Of a stretch of 64,000 nucleotides of DNA, positions 56,527 to 64,000 are shown in pieces. The first letter of the stretch is position 1; each line of letters opens with the position of its first letter. The stretch is from Steroidobacteraceae bacterium (GTDB taxonomy: Bacteria > Pseudomonadota > Gammaproteobacteria > Steroidobacterales > Steroidobacteraceae). Where the stretch lies: contig DASQOO010000115.1 in assembly GCA_035644435.1 (NCBI GenBank), forward strand, positions 6,556 to 70,555, read 5' to 3'. A model generated the notes under the pieces. That model was not told the DNA's origin. It made no database searches and was given only the letters and a program-made list of their open reading frames with translations. The translations under genes and the position numbers were made by a program.

Positions 56527-56633
56527 GGAGAAACCGCGTTGCAATGCCGGTTGCCGCCATTGTCTCCGAGCGCGTACGTGCTTGTCGCGCGTTTCTGCTA
56601 TCCTGCGCGCCCTTTTCCGCCCCGTCCGCCGCC

Positions 56634-58070
56634 ATGGACACCGCGGTCTTCGCCACTTCGCAGGTCATGCACAAGCTGCCCGCGCAGCGACATGATGTCG
56701 CGGGCCGTCCGCACGTCGACTATCGCGCGGTGCTCGCGCTCGCCTGGCCGTTCGTGCTCAACAGTTCGGTGCAGGCGGTGCTCAATCTCACCGACACGTG
56801 GTTCATCGGACGACTCTCCACGCAGGCGCTCGCCGCCATGGGCGCCGTGTACTGGCTGGTGCTGGTGTTCGTGCTGCTGCTCGGTGGCGTCGGCATCGCG
56901 GTACAGACGCTGGTCGCGCAGGCGAACGGCGGTCGGCGCTGGCGTCGCGCGGCGCAGGCGGAGTGGACCGCGCAGTGGGGAACGCTTCTTACGGTGCCGC
57001 TGTTTCTCGCCGCGGCATGGGCGGGCCCGGCAATGCTGCATCCGTTCGCGCTCGAGCCCGCGGTCGAACGGCAGGCGCTCGAATTCTGGGTGCCGCGCAT
57101 GATCGGCGCGCCGATCGGCGTCGCGCTCTGGGCGGTGCTCGGCTTTTTCAATGGCATCTCACGCCCCCGCGTTACGCTCGCGATCACGCTGCTCGTTGCG
57201 GCGCTCAATGCAGCCCTCAATCGGCTGTTCATTTTCGATCTGGAGATGGGCATCGCCGGATCGGCGTGGGCGACCAATGTCGCGCAACTGAGCGGCTGGC
57301 TGGTCGCGATGAGCCTGTTTCTTGCAACCAGTGCGAATGCGCGCTTTCACTCGCGGCTCATGTGGCGCTTGCGACCGGCGCGCCTGTTGCGCCAGTTCCT
57401 GCTCGGCTTCCCGATGGGCCTGGTGTATGCCGCGGATCTGCTCGGCATCGCGCTGTTCCAGATCATGACCGTACGCCTTGGCAGCGTCGACGGTGCCGCG
57501 ACCCAGATCGTGATGATGCTGACTTCGATCGCCTACTTGCCCGCGGTGGGCTTCGCCATGACCGGGACGACGCTCGTCGGTCAGTCGATTGGCGCCGGCG
57601 ACAAGGAATGGGCGATGCGACTCGGGAACGCGACCATCAAGCTGTCGGTGGGCTACATGGCGCTCATCGGCGTATTTCTCGCCGTGGCCGGGCCGTGGCT
57701 CCTGCGCTGGTTCGTCAGCCCGAGCGACTCGCACGCGGCCGAGGTCGTGGCGCTCGGCGGGACGCTGGTGTGGATCGCCGCGGGCTACCAGATCTTCGAT
57801 GGCCTGAATCTCGGCAGTGGGCTCGCGCTGCGCGGCGCAGGAGATGCAGTGGTACCCGCCGCGATGGTGATCGTGCTGTCGTGGTTCGTGTTCGTGCCGG
57901 TGGCGCATGCACTCGCATTCGCGCCAGGCCGGGGGTACGTGCATTTTCTGCCGCAGTTCGGCCTCGGCGCGGTGGGCGGATGGCTGGCCGCGCTGCTTTA
58001 CGTCTTCGGTCTCGGAACGATGCTGTTCGTGCGCTGGCGTTCGGCGGCGTGGAAGAAGATCCGGCTCTAG
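56634..58070 (+). CDS. MATE family efflux transporter
   Basis: 12-TM. ALAWPFVLNSSVQAVLNLTDTWFIGRL N-terminal MatE motif. Start at MDTAVF. Confidence 0.85.
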   Translation: MDTAVFATSQVMHKLPAQRHDVAGRPHVDYRAVLALAWPFVLNSSVQAVLNLTDTWFIGRLSTQALAAMGAVYWLVLVFVLLLGGVGIAVQTLVAQANGGRRWRRAAQAEWTAQWGTLLTVPLFLAAAWAGPAMLHPFALEPAVERQALEFWVPRMIGAPIGVALWAVLGFFNGISRPRVTLAITLLVAALNAALNRLFIFDLEMGIAGSAWATNVAQLSGWLVAMSLFLATSANARFHSRLMWRLRPARLLRQFLLGFPMGLVYAADLLGIALFQIMTVRLGSVDGAATQIVMMLTSIAYLPAVGFAMTGTTLVGQSIGAGDKEWAMRLGNATIKLSVGYMALIGVFLAVAGPWLLRWFVSPSDSHAAEVVALGGTLVWIAAGYQIFDGLNLGSGLALRGAGDAVVPAAMVIVLSWFVFVPVAHALAFAPGRGYVHFLPQFGLGAVGGWLAALLYVFGLGTMLFVRWRSAAWKKIRL

Positions 58071-59308
58071 CGAACCTGCTCGAGAAGCCCAAGACGTTGC
58101 GCCAGCCAGCGGGTCGTCGTCGCCTGGACCAGGATGGTGAGCAGGATGGCCATGAAGGTGACGGCGGCGATGACATCCGCCTGTGGAGCACGCGCTCCTG
58201 CCAGCATTCCCGCCAAGGCTGCGGGGATCACGCCGGTTTCGCGCGCCCAGCACATGAATAGCAATTCCTGCAGCGACCAGCGCGCGCGCCGATCTGGGGC
58301 AGCGCAGATGAATACCGTCAGCGGACGCGCGATCAGCATGAGCACGCAGACCACGGCAATGGCCGGCCAGAGATGCTCTCGCACCAGCGTCAGGTCGACC
58401 TGTGTTCCGAGCAATACGAAGATGAAGATCCGCATGACCAGGGAGGTCATCGCCATGAAATCCTCGAGCTGCCCTTCTTCGCGTACCCCGAGCTTCAGCC
58501 CCAGGGCGTCGCGGTTTCCTATCACGACGCCGGCGATGAACACCGCCATGAGACCACTCGCGCCGAAGCGCGCGGCCGCGAGCGACGCCCCGATGACGCT
58601 GACCAGTGCCACGAGCGGCACGGACTCCTGCAGAAAGCCCAGCCGGTCGTGGGCGATGAGCAGCGCCGCCCCGTAACCAATCATCGCGCCCAGCAACAGG
58701 CCGATGCCTGCACTCCACGCGAGCTCGCGCGTCGCGTGCGCCAGATTGAAGTCCTGCGTTCCCAGCAGCACGCCCAGTACGCTGAAGGTGAAAATCGCGG
58801 CCACGGCATCGTTCAGCGCCGATTCGCTGATCACCGTCTGGCTGACGCGCTCGCGGATGTGGATCTGGCGGAATACAGGCACCAGTGTCGCGGGATCGGT
58901 GGAGGCGAGGGTCGCACCGAGCAGCAGGGCGACGCCCAACGGCACACCGAGGAAGTACTGAGCCGCCAGCCCGGTGATCGCCCCGGTGATGAGTACCCCA
59001 AGCGTCGCGATCACGACGATCGTGATCCACACCTGCTTGAGTACGCGCAAACGCAGCGCCGCTCCACCGTCAAAAAGAATGAACGAGGCGCCAATGAGCA
59101 GCGCCACCTGGTTCAGTTCGGAGTCTGCCGCAACGGTGATGACGCCGGTGACACTCGGGCCCAGCAGCATGCCAGCGAGCAAGTACAGCACGATGTCAGG
59201 AATTCGCGCGCGCCCCGCGAGGTAACGGCAGACCGCGCCGCTCGCGAGTATCACGGCAACGATCCACAACAGAGCCCGCGCGCTGATGAGGGTCGACGAG
59301 GCTTCCAC
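58067..59308 (-). CDS. CPA1 family cation:proton antiporter (NhaP-like)
   Basis: Polytopic Na+/H+ exchanger-like (IPDIVLYLLAGMLLGP, SESALNDAVA). Confidence 0.8.
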   Translation of the reverse strand: MEASSTLISARALLWIVAVILASGAVCRYLAGRARIPDIVLYLLAGMLLGPSVTGVITVAADSELNQVALLIGASFILFDGGAALRLRVLKQVWITIVVIATLGVLITGAITGLAAQYFLGVPLGVALLLGATLASTDPATLVPVFRQIHIRERVSQTVISESALNDAVAAIFTFSVLGVLLGTQDFNLAHATRELAWSAGIGLLLGAMIGYGAALLIAHDRLGFLQESVPLVALVSVIGASLAAARFGASGLMAVFIAGVVIGNRDALGLKLGVREEGQLEDFMAMTSLVMRIFIFVLLGTQVDLTLVREHLWPAIAVVCVLMLIARPLTVFICAAPDRRARWSLQELLFMCWARETGVIPAALAGMLAGARAPQADVIAAVTFMAILLTILVQATTTRWLAQRLGLLEQVR

Positions 59309-59317
59309 GTGCGCGAC

Positions 59318-59995
59318 CTACCCGCGCGTCGGTCCCGATGCATCCCGGCGCAGCAGTCCGAACGCGACCGGGATCAGCGAGGCCACGATGATGAGGATGG
59401 TCACCAGCCCGAAGTTGTTCTTGATGATGGGAATGTTGCCGAACAGGTAGCCGCCGAACACGAACAGTGCGACCCAGCCGATGCCGCCCACGCAGTTGTG
59501 CAGCTGAAAGCGCGCGTAACGCATGTGGCCGATGCCGGCGACGAAGGGCGCGCAGGTGCGGATGATCGGCACGAAGCGCGATACGATGATGGTTTTTCCG
59601 CCGTGCTTCTCGAAGAATTGTTCCGTGCGGCGCAGGTATTCGACTTTCAACAGGCGCACCTTGCCGGAGAACGCGCGCGGCCCGATGGCCGATCCGATCG
59701 CGTAGTTCACGGTGTTGCCGAGAATCGCGGCGCACGCCAGCAGCACGAACGCGGTCCCGGCATGCAAGGTTCCCGTCGTGTCCACGGCCGCGAGCGCCCC
59801 GACGGCAAACAGCAGCGAATCACCGGGCAGGAACGGGGTGATCACGAACCCGGTCTCGGCAAAGATGATCGCGAACAGGATCAAGTACACCCAGTTGTCG
59901 TAGCGCGACACCAGCTCGATCAGGTGCCGATCGAGGTGCATCACCAGGTCATAGAACAACAGCCCGAAATTGATCAGCGGCTGCAGCCACTCCAT
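59318..59995 (-). CDS. DedA family membrane protein
   Basis: FAETGFVITPFLPGDSLLF and GRFVPIIRT-type motifs (SRFVPIIRTCAPFVAG). Confidence 0.9.
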   Translation of the reverse strand: MEWLQPLINFGLLFYDLVMHLDRHLIELVSRYDNWVYLILFAIIFAETGFVITPFLPGDSLLFAVGALAAVDTTGTLHAGTAFVLLACAAILGNTVNYAIGSAIGPRAFSGKVRLLKVEYLRRTEQFFEKHGGKTIIVSRFVPIIRTCAPFVAGIGHMRYARFQLHNCVGGIGWVALFVFGGYLFGNIPIIKNNFGLVTILIIVASLIPVAFGLLRRDASGPTRG

Positions 59996-60013
59996 CAGGG
60001 CGATCCCGCGGTT

Positions 60014-60406
60014 CTATTTGCCAAGGCTTTCGACCCGGACCACCGCCTGGCCGATGTGTGCCTGGCTTCCTGGCTCGGTGAAACGCACCTGGATGGCGAA
60101 TGGATAGAACTCGCCTTCGATCCATTCACGGGTGTCACTGCTCTTGTCAGACTGCAACGCTATGTTGAGCGAATAGCAGCCGGCTGACTCCGGTTGCACG
60201 CCTTCCCAACGGGCCTCCTCGACGCCCTCCAGGACCAACCCGTAGACGCTGCCGGCAGGTGCCGCGATCCGAAAATGCTGCGCCTTGAGCCCAAGGACCG
60301 GGGTTCCATCCTCTTGCCGCGTCACGCTCACGAATAACACCAGTCGTCCGGCGACGTCCACGAAGCGCGATTCACCGGAGACAGCCTCGACGATCAGGCG
60401 ACCCAT
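60014..60406 (-). CDS. Hypothetical protein (130 aa, probably all-beta)
   Basis: GGGAGA SD before the ATG at 60406. Sits between the PLP enzyme and dedA on the same strand. No signal peptide or known motif. Confidence 0.5.
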   Translation of the reverse strand: MGRLIVEAVSGESRFVDVAGRLVLFVSVTRQEDGTPVLGLKAQHFRIAAPAGSVYGLVLEGVEEARWEGVQPESAGCYSLNIALQSDKSSDTREWIEGEFYPFAIQVRFTEPGSQAHIGQAVVRVESLGK

Positions 60407-60496
60407 GCAGTTCTCCCTGGCTTGCGAGCGACGCCCGGCATGGTACTGCCGCTGATGCTGGGGCGTCACGGCTGACGCTGCGCTTTGTGCTGCAGC

Positions 60497-61951
60497 TCAC
60501 GCGTGCAGCGCACGCCTCAAGGCAGCGACCAGTCGATCCAGGTCCGCGAAATCGTTGTAGATGTGCGGGCAGGCACGCAGCACCTCGATGCCGCCACTGG
60601 GCTGCTGCACGAAACTCACCGCGATGCGCTCGCGCTCTGCGAGCTGCTTCGCGAGTGCGGCGCCATCCGTACCTGGAATGCGGAACGACACGATGCCGGC
60701 CCACAGGCTCGGATGCGCGGGCGTCAGTACCTGCACGCCCGGCAGCCGCTGCAGCCCGAGCCTCAGGTACCAGGCGAGCTCGCGAATGCGGGCGCTGATG
60801 CGCTCGGTGCCGATTTCCTGTTGAAACGCGATGGCCGGCAGCACGCTGAGCGCCAACGGCGAGAGTTGCGTGAAGGCAGCGCTGAACTTGCGCGCGGACA
60901 TCGGCCACCCGGCGCGCGCATTGGCAGCAGCGCGCGGCGGAGCATTCTCGGGCGGCAGAGTGCTCACAGGCGCGACTGGCGCGCTCTCGGATGTCGTGGC
61001 CTGCGAGGTGGCCGGGCTCTGCGGTGCCATCGAGGCCCGCGCTGTAGTCGGCGCCTGCCCTGTGGTCGGCGCCGGCGTTGTAGCCGGCGTCGGCGGGCCA
61101 CCCCAATCGTCCTCGCTCCCCACGATCAACGGCCACAATCTGAAGCGCCCGCCCGGAGAGAGCACCAATACGCCTACACCGACCGGTCCGTTCAGCCACT
61201 TGTAGAAACTGGACACATAGAAATCCGCGCCCAGCGTCTGCAAGGACGTCGCCACCATGCCCAAAGCCTGCGCGCCGTCGACGATGCTGAGTGCGTTGTG
61301 GGAGCGAGCGAGCTCGCAGAGCTCCCGCACCGGCAACACGCAGCCGTCCGTGTACTGCACGTGACTGAAGCTCACGACGCGCGTGCGATCGGTGAAGGCG
61401 GCCCGGAATGCGCCCACGATCTGCTCCGGAGCCATGATCGGCTGTGGCAATGGAATCTGCACCAGCTTCACGCCGCGTCGTTTAGCCGCCAGCAGCCACG
61501 GCGAAACGCTGGCCGGATGTTCGTGGACCGTGGTGAGAATCTCATCACCGGCGGCAAGATCGATGCCCGCGGCGATGGTGTTGAGCGCCTCGGTGGCTCC
61601 GCTGAGCAACGCGATCGATTCGACGTCAGTGCCGAGGAATTGCCCGATCGGCGTCAGCAGCTGACGCACGGCCTCCGCGCTGCCCTGTTCGCGCAGGAAG
61701 CGCTCCAGGTCGCGGCTGAAAGCCTCGCGCTGGCGGTATTCCTCGATGAGCACGCTGCGCAGGCTCGGCGCTCCGCCCGCCGTATCCAGCCATACGAGGT
61801 CCGAATCGAGCATCGGCTGCAGCCGTGCGAGCTGCCACAACTCGCGCGATGAAGTCGGCAGTGGACCTTGCGCCTGCGCCTTGCCGACTACTCCCAGTGC
61901 CGCGGCACCCGCGCCCAGGTAGCCCACAAAATCTCGACGATTCAATGACAT
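60497..61951 (-). CDS. Class-V aminotransferase-fold PLP enzyme (isopenicillin-N-epimerase/cysteine-desulfurase-like) with Tat signal
   Basis: MSLNRRDFVGYLGAGAAALGVVGKAQA leader. PLP-lysine region SSFYKWLNGP. About 65-aa Pro/Thr/Ala-rich insert at aa 284-348. Confidence 0.75.
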   Translation of the reverse strand: MSLNRRDFVGYLGAGAAALGVVGKAQAQGPLPTSSRELWQLARLQPMLDSDLVWLDTAGGAPSLRSVLIEEYRQREAFSRDLERFLREQGSAEAVRQLLTPIGQFLGTDVESIALLSGATEALNTIAAGIDLAAGDEILTTVHEHPASVSPWLLAAKRRGVKLVQIPLPQPIMAPEQIVGAFRAAFTDRTRVVSFSHVQYTDGCVLPVRELCELARSHNALSIVDGAQALGMVATSLQTLGADFYVSSFYKWLNGPVGVGVLVLSPGGRFRLWPLIVGSEDDWGGPPTPATTPAPTTGQAPTTARASMAPQSPATSQATTSESAPVAPVSTLPPENAPPRAAANARAGWPMSARKFSAAFTQLSPLALSVLPAIAFQQEIGTERISARIRELAWYLRLGLQRLPGVQVLTPAHPSLWAGIVSFRIPGTDGAALAKQLAERERIAVSFVQQPSGGIEVLRACPHIYNDFADLDRLVAALRRALHA

Positions 61952-62007
61952 GAAATGCCCCAGGCGCGGCTTGATTGGGGCGCTATTTGACCGTTCTCAC
62001 AGGATAC

Positions 62008-62036
62008 TTGCAAGAACAGACCGTTTGGTCTTAAAT
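62008..62036 (+). promoter_or_regulatory. Candidate tetR promoter (TTGCAA-17-TTAAAT) with embedded palindrome AGACCGTTTGGTCT; possibly leaderless
   Basis: -35 at 62008-62013, a 17-nt spacer containing the inverted repeat 62018-62031, -10 at 62031-62036. The ATG at 62044 is only 7 nt after the -10 and has no SD. Confidence 0.4.
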
Positions 62037-62043
62037 AAGCCGC

Positions 62044-62652
62044 ATGAGCAAAGGCGAACAGACCCGGCAGCGGATCCTCGAGCGCGCCGCGCCACTCCTG
62101 AACCGGCAAGGTTTTCAGGCCGCGCCAGTATCAGAAATCATGCGCGTCACCGGCCTGCAGAAAGGCGGTCTCTACAACCATTTCGAGAGCAAGGAGGAAC
62201 TGGCGCTGGCGGCTTTCGACCTGCTGCTGGAGCGCATCCAGCAGAAAGTGGCGCAGGTCCACCGCAGTCACAGTTCGCCGCTGGCGCAACTGCTGGCGCA
62301 CATCGAACTCATCGCCGCGGGCGGCACGCAGACCGAGGGCGGCTGCCCCATGGCCAATAGCATGGTGGAAAGTGACGATTCCAATCCGGCACTGCGCAAG
62401 CGGGTCGCGAAGGTGCTGGAGCAATGGCGCGCACTGATTACGCACACCGTCGCCAGGGGGATCGTCGCCGGAGAGTTGCGCGCCGACGTCAACCCCGACG
62501 AGGTAGCGACGCGCGTCATCACCTCGCTCGAGGGCGGGCACCTGCTCTGCAATTTCTACGGTGAGCCGCGTTACCTGCGACAAGCCGGCCAGTTTCTGCG
62601 CGAATACGTCGAGAGGGATCTGCGCGTCTCGGGAGCTCCTGCCGCCCGCTGA
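62044..62652 (+). CDS. TetR/AcrR family transcriptional regulator
   Basis: HTH region RILERAAPLLNRQGFQAAPVSEIMRVTGLQKGGLYNHFESKEEL. Confidence 0.9.
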   Translation: MSKGEQTRQRILERAAPLLNRQGFQAAPVSEIMRVTGLQKGGLYNHFESKEELALAAFDLLLERIQQKVAQVHRSHSSPLAQLLAHIELIAAGGTQTEGGCPMANSMVESDDSNPALRKRVAKVLEQWRALITHTVARGIVAGELRADVNPDEVATRVITSLEGGHLLCNFYGEPRYLRQAGQFLREYVERDLRVSGAPAAR

Positions 62653-62673
62653 GCGCAATTTTTTTGCTTCTTT

Positions 62674-62688
62674 ACAGACCGAACGGTC
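62674..62688. promoter_or_regulatory. Second copy of the ACAGACCG-N3-GGTC motif (candidate TetR operator)
   Basis: ACAGACCGAACGGTC here versus ACAGACCGTTTGGTC at 62016-62030 (12/15 identical; both are inverted repeats GACCG/CGGTC-like). Lies between tetR and the downstream ORF. Confidence 0.4.
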
Positions 62689-62704
62689 CGAAGTTGAGGC
62701 ACGC

Positions 62705-63196
62705 ATGCCAGCAAATACACGATTGATCGCCGGAGCCACCGCATTGACCGCGATCATTGTCGTCATGGCGAGCGGTGCCGTCGCGCTTCTCGATCGCGCC
62801 AGCGGTGCCTCAGGAAAGGATCCCAGAGAGAGTGTCACTACGCTCAGGGCCGCGATCCGCACGCAGTGGCTGAGTCCAACGAACGCGCGCCGTAGTCTCG
62901 AGGCGCGCAGCGCGGCCCTGTCGGATTGGTTGCGCGCCCGCGGGGGCACTCTTCGCCTCGTGAGCTCGAGCGCTCTGCTGCGAACTCGTGCGATGGATGG
63001 CTCGCGGCTCGCGGTCCCCGAGGCACGTTTCGAGCACATCATCGAGATTCGCGTACCGCAGGCAGTCGAACTGGCGCGAGCGCGTCTGGCTCTGCTCGGT
63101 CCGGATGGGACGGTTGGTATCGCGACTCCCGTCGAGTCCCGAGCGGCCCGCCATGGCACGCGTGCGCGTACTGTGCCGGTGGGTCGCGACTTCTGA
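62705..63196 (+). CDS. Hypothetical membrane-anchored protein
   Basis: GAGG SD. N-terminal TM helix (LIAGATALTAIIVVMASGAVALL). No known motif. Confidence 0.45.
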   Translation: MPANTRLIAGATALTAIIVVMASGAVALLDRASGASGKDPRESVTTLRAAIRTQWLSPTNARRSLEARSAALSDWLRARGGTLRLVSSSALLRTRAMDGSRLAVPEARFEHIIEIRVPQAVELARARLALLGPDGTVGIATPVESRAARHGTRARTVPVGRDF

Positions 63197-63204
63197 AGGC
63201 CGCT

Positions 63205-63825
63205 TCAGCGCAGCGGCCGATACGTGAGCCAATCGGGAAACGCCCAGCCCCACCGGATCGCACCCAGCCGCATGCCCGCGATCGCCAGCATGGCGAGGGC
63301 CGACACATATGCGGGCTCGAGCCAGTTGGTGGCCCGAAGCGCGATGTAGAACACTCCGCCCAGCAGAATCGGCGTCATGTACAGCTCGCGACGCATCAGG
63401 ATCGTCGGCTGCCCCGTCATCAGGTCGCGGATGACGCCGCCGCCGATGCCGGTGATCACACCCATGATGACCGCGACGCCCGCACTGAATCCCAGCCGCA
63501 GCGTCTTTTCGATCGCGAGCACGGTGTAGAGCGCCGTAGCGATCGCGTCGAGATAGAGGAAACCGCGCAGGGTGGCGCGGAAGCGCCGCTCGAAAAAGAA
63601 TGTCGCCAGGGCGGCGCCCGCCGCGACGGACAGATAAGCGGGCTGCGCCAGCCAGAACAAGGGCTGATCCAGCATCAGGTCGCGCAGCGTGCCGCCCCCG
63701 ATCGCCGTCACCACGCCGATGATGACGAAGCTCATTACGTCCATGTTCTGGCGAGCCGCGGCCAGCACACCCGTAACCGCGAAGACGGCGGTGCCCAGCA
63801 GGAACAGGAGCTCGGCCGCATTCAT
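63205..63825 (-). CDS. Trimeric intracellular cation channel-like (UPF0126/YadS) membrane protein
   Basis: Two internal repeats, each with a GGG(T/V)(L/I)RD motif (AIGGGTLRDLML, GIGGGVIRDLM). Confidence 0.85.
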   Translation of the reverse strand: MNAAELLFLLGTAVFAVTGVLAAARQNMDVMSFVIIGVVTAIGGGTLRDLMLDQPLFWLAQPAYLSVAAGAALATFFFERRFRATLRGFLYLDAIATALYTVLAIEKTLRLGFSAGVAVIMGVITGIGGGVIRDLMTGQPTILMRRELYMTPILLGGVFYIALRATNWLEPAYVSALAMLAIAGMRLGAIRWGWAFPDWLTYRPLR

Positions 63826-64000
63826 ACCTGGCCGAACTGCGCGACTTTGCGCCCCGTGAGCCGAATGGCGCGCGCGCCGGGAGGCACCGCGTCCGCGGCG
63901 AAACTCTGCAGGCAGAACTCCGGTGTAGGCCCTAGCGTCATCTGCCGTTGCCAGAGGCAGCCGTGCTCGCCGATGCCCTCCTCCATGCGTGCGAAGAAAT
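63822..64000 (-). CDS. 3' end of an unidentified CDS (partial, runs off window)
   Basis: Frame open from the window edge: ..FFARMEEGIGEHGCLWQRQMTLGPTPEFCLQSFAADAVPPGARAIRLTGRKVAQFGQV*. High GC3. Its TGA overlaps the ATG of the downstream gene (ATGA). Confidence 0.4.
   Translation of the reverse strand, partial: FFARMEEGIGEHGCLWQRQMTLGPTPEFCLQSFAADAVPPGARAIRLTGRKVAQFGQV

Noticed and set aside
56302-57102. 266-aa plus-strand ORF spanning the ptrB-upstream ORF and the MATE 5' end
   Set aside because: Out of frame with the MATE gene, which has clear family motifs. Pro/Arg/Ser-rich shadow composition.
57159-60187. Two very long ORFs (623 aa on the minus strand at 57159-59030; 604 aa on the plus strand at 58373-60187) overlapping the MATE, NhaP and DedA genes
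   Set aside because: Both are Arg/His/Asp/Gly-rich and antisense or out of frame relative to polytopic membrane proteins with family motifs. They are shadow ORFs.
1-64000. Searched by eye for CRISPR repeats, tRNA/rRNA, IS elements, integrases, toxin-antitoxin pairs and known defence genes
   Set aside because: None recognised. The window looks like core or shell chromosome rather than a mobile or defence island. A computational scan (tRNAscan-SE, Rfam, ISfinder, DefenseFinder) would be needed to be sure.

Overview
Visibly high-GC (about two-thirds G+C by eye) proteobacterial chromosome, probably gammaproteobacterial (FadE, LDH-like Mdh, ExeA/GspB, a GlyGly-CTERM-type tail). It is densely packed with about 60 genes on both strands. 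I saw no rRNA, tRNA, CRISPR array, transposase, integrase or phage genes. Many ORFs in the six-frame track are high-GC antisense shadow ORFs, and several true genes start well inside the listed ORF; starts were re-picked using SD motifs, stop/start overlaps and N-terminal signal peptides. Content: core metabolism and maintenance (mdh, fadE, dinB, dps, ptrB, ABC-F ATPase); a Mla/Mce-type lipid ABC system; several ion and efflux transporters (CPA2, CPA1, MATE, DedA, TRIC, MFS); a YtrA-type GntR/ABC operon; an ECF sigma/anti-sigma pair; exeA-gspB; a putative gamma-glutamylation amine/amino-alcohol catabolic cluster; and a LytS/LytTR two-component system. The strongest non-coding signal is a textbook-looking c-di-GMP-I (GEMM-I) riboswitch aptamer at 9491-9583 in front of an FAD-dependent oxidoreductase. 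Other items worth a second look: lytS-lytTR translationally adjacent to an orphan Tat-exported molybdopterin oxidoreductase subunit; a REC-like/TM/3x-repeat/TonB-C fusion protein; a choice-of-anchor-B/Calx-beta protein with a GlyGly-CTERM-like tail; a Tat-signal class-V PLP enzyme with a low-complexity insert under a TetR with a repeated operator-like motif; and a 33-codon dodecin-like mini-ORF. I found no recognisable defence system or mobile element. All family assignments come from motif recognition by eye and need HMM or BLAST confirmation.
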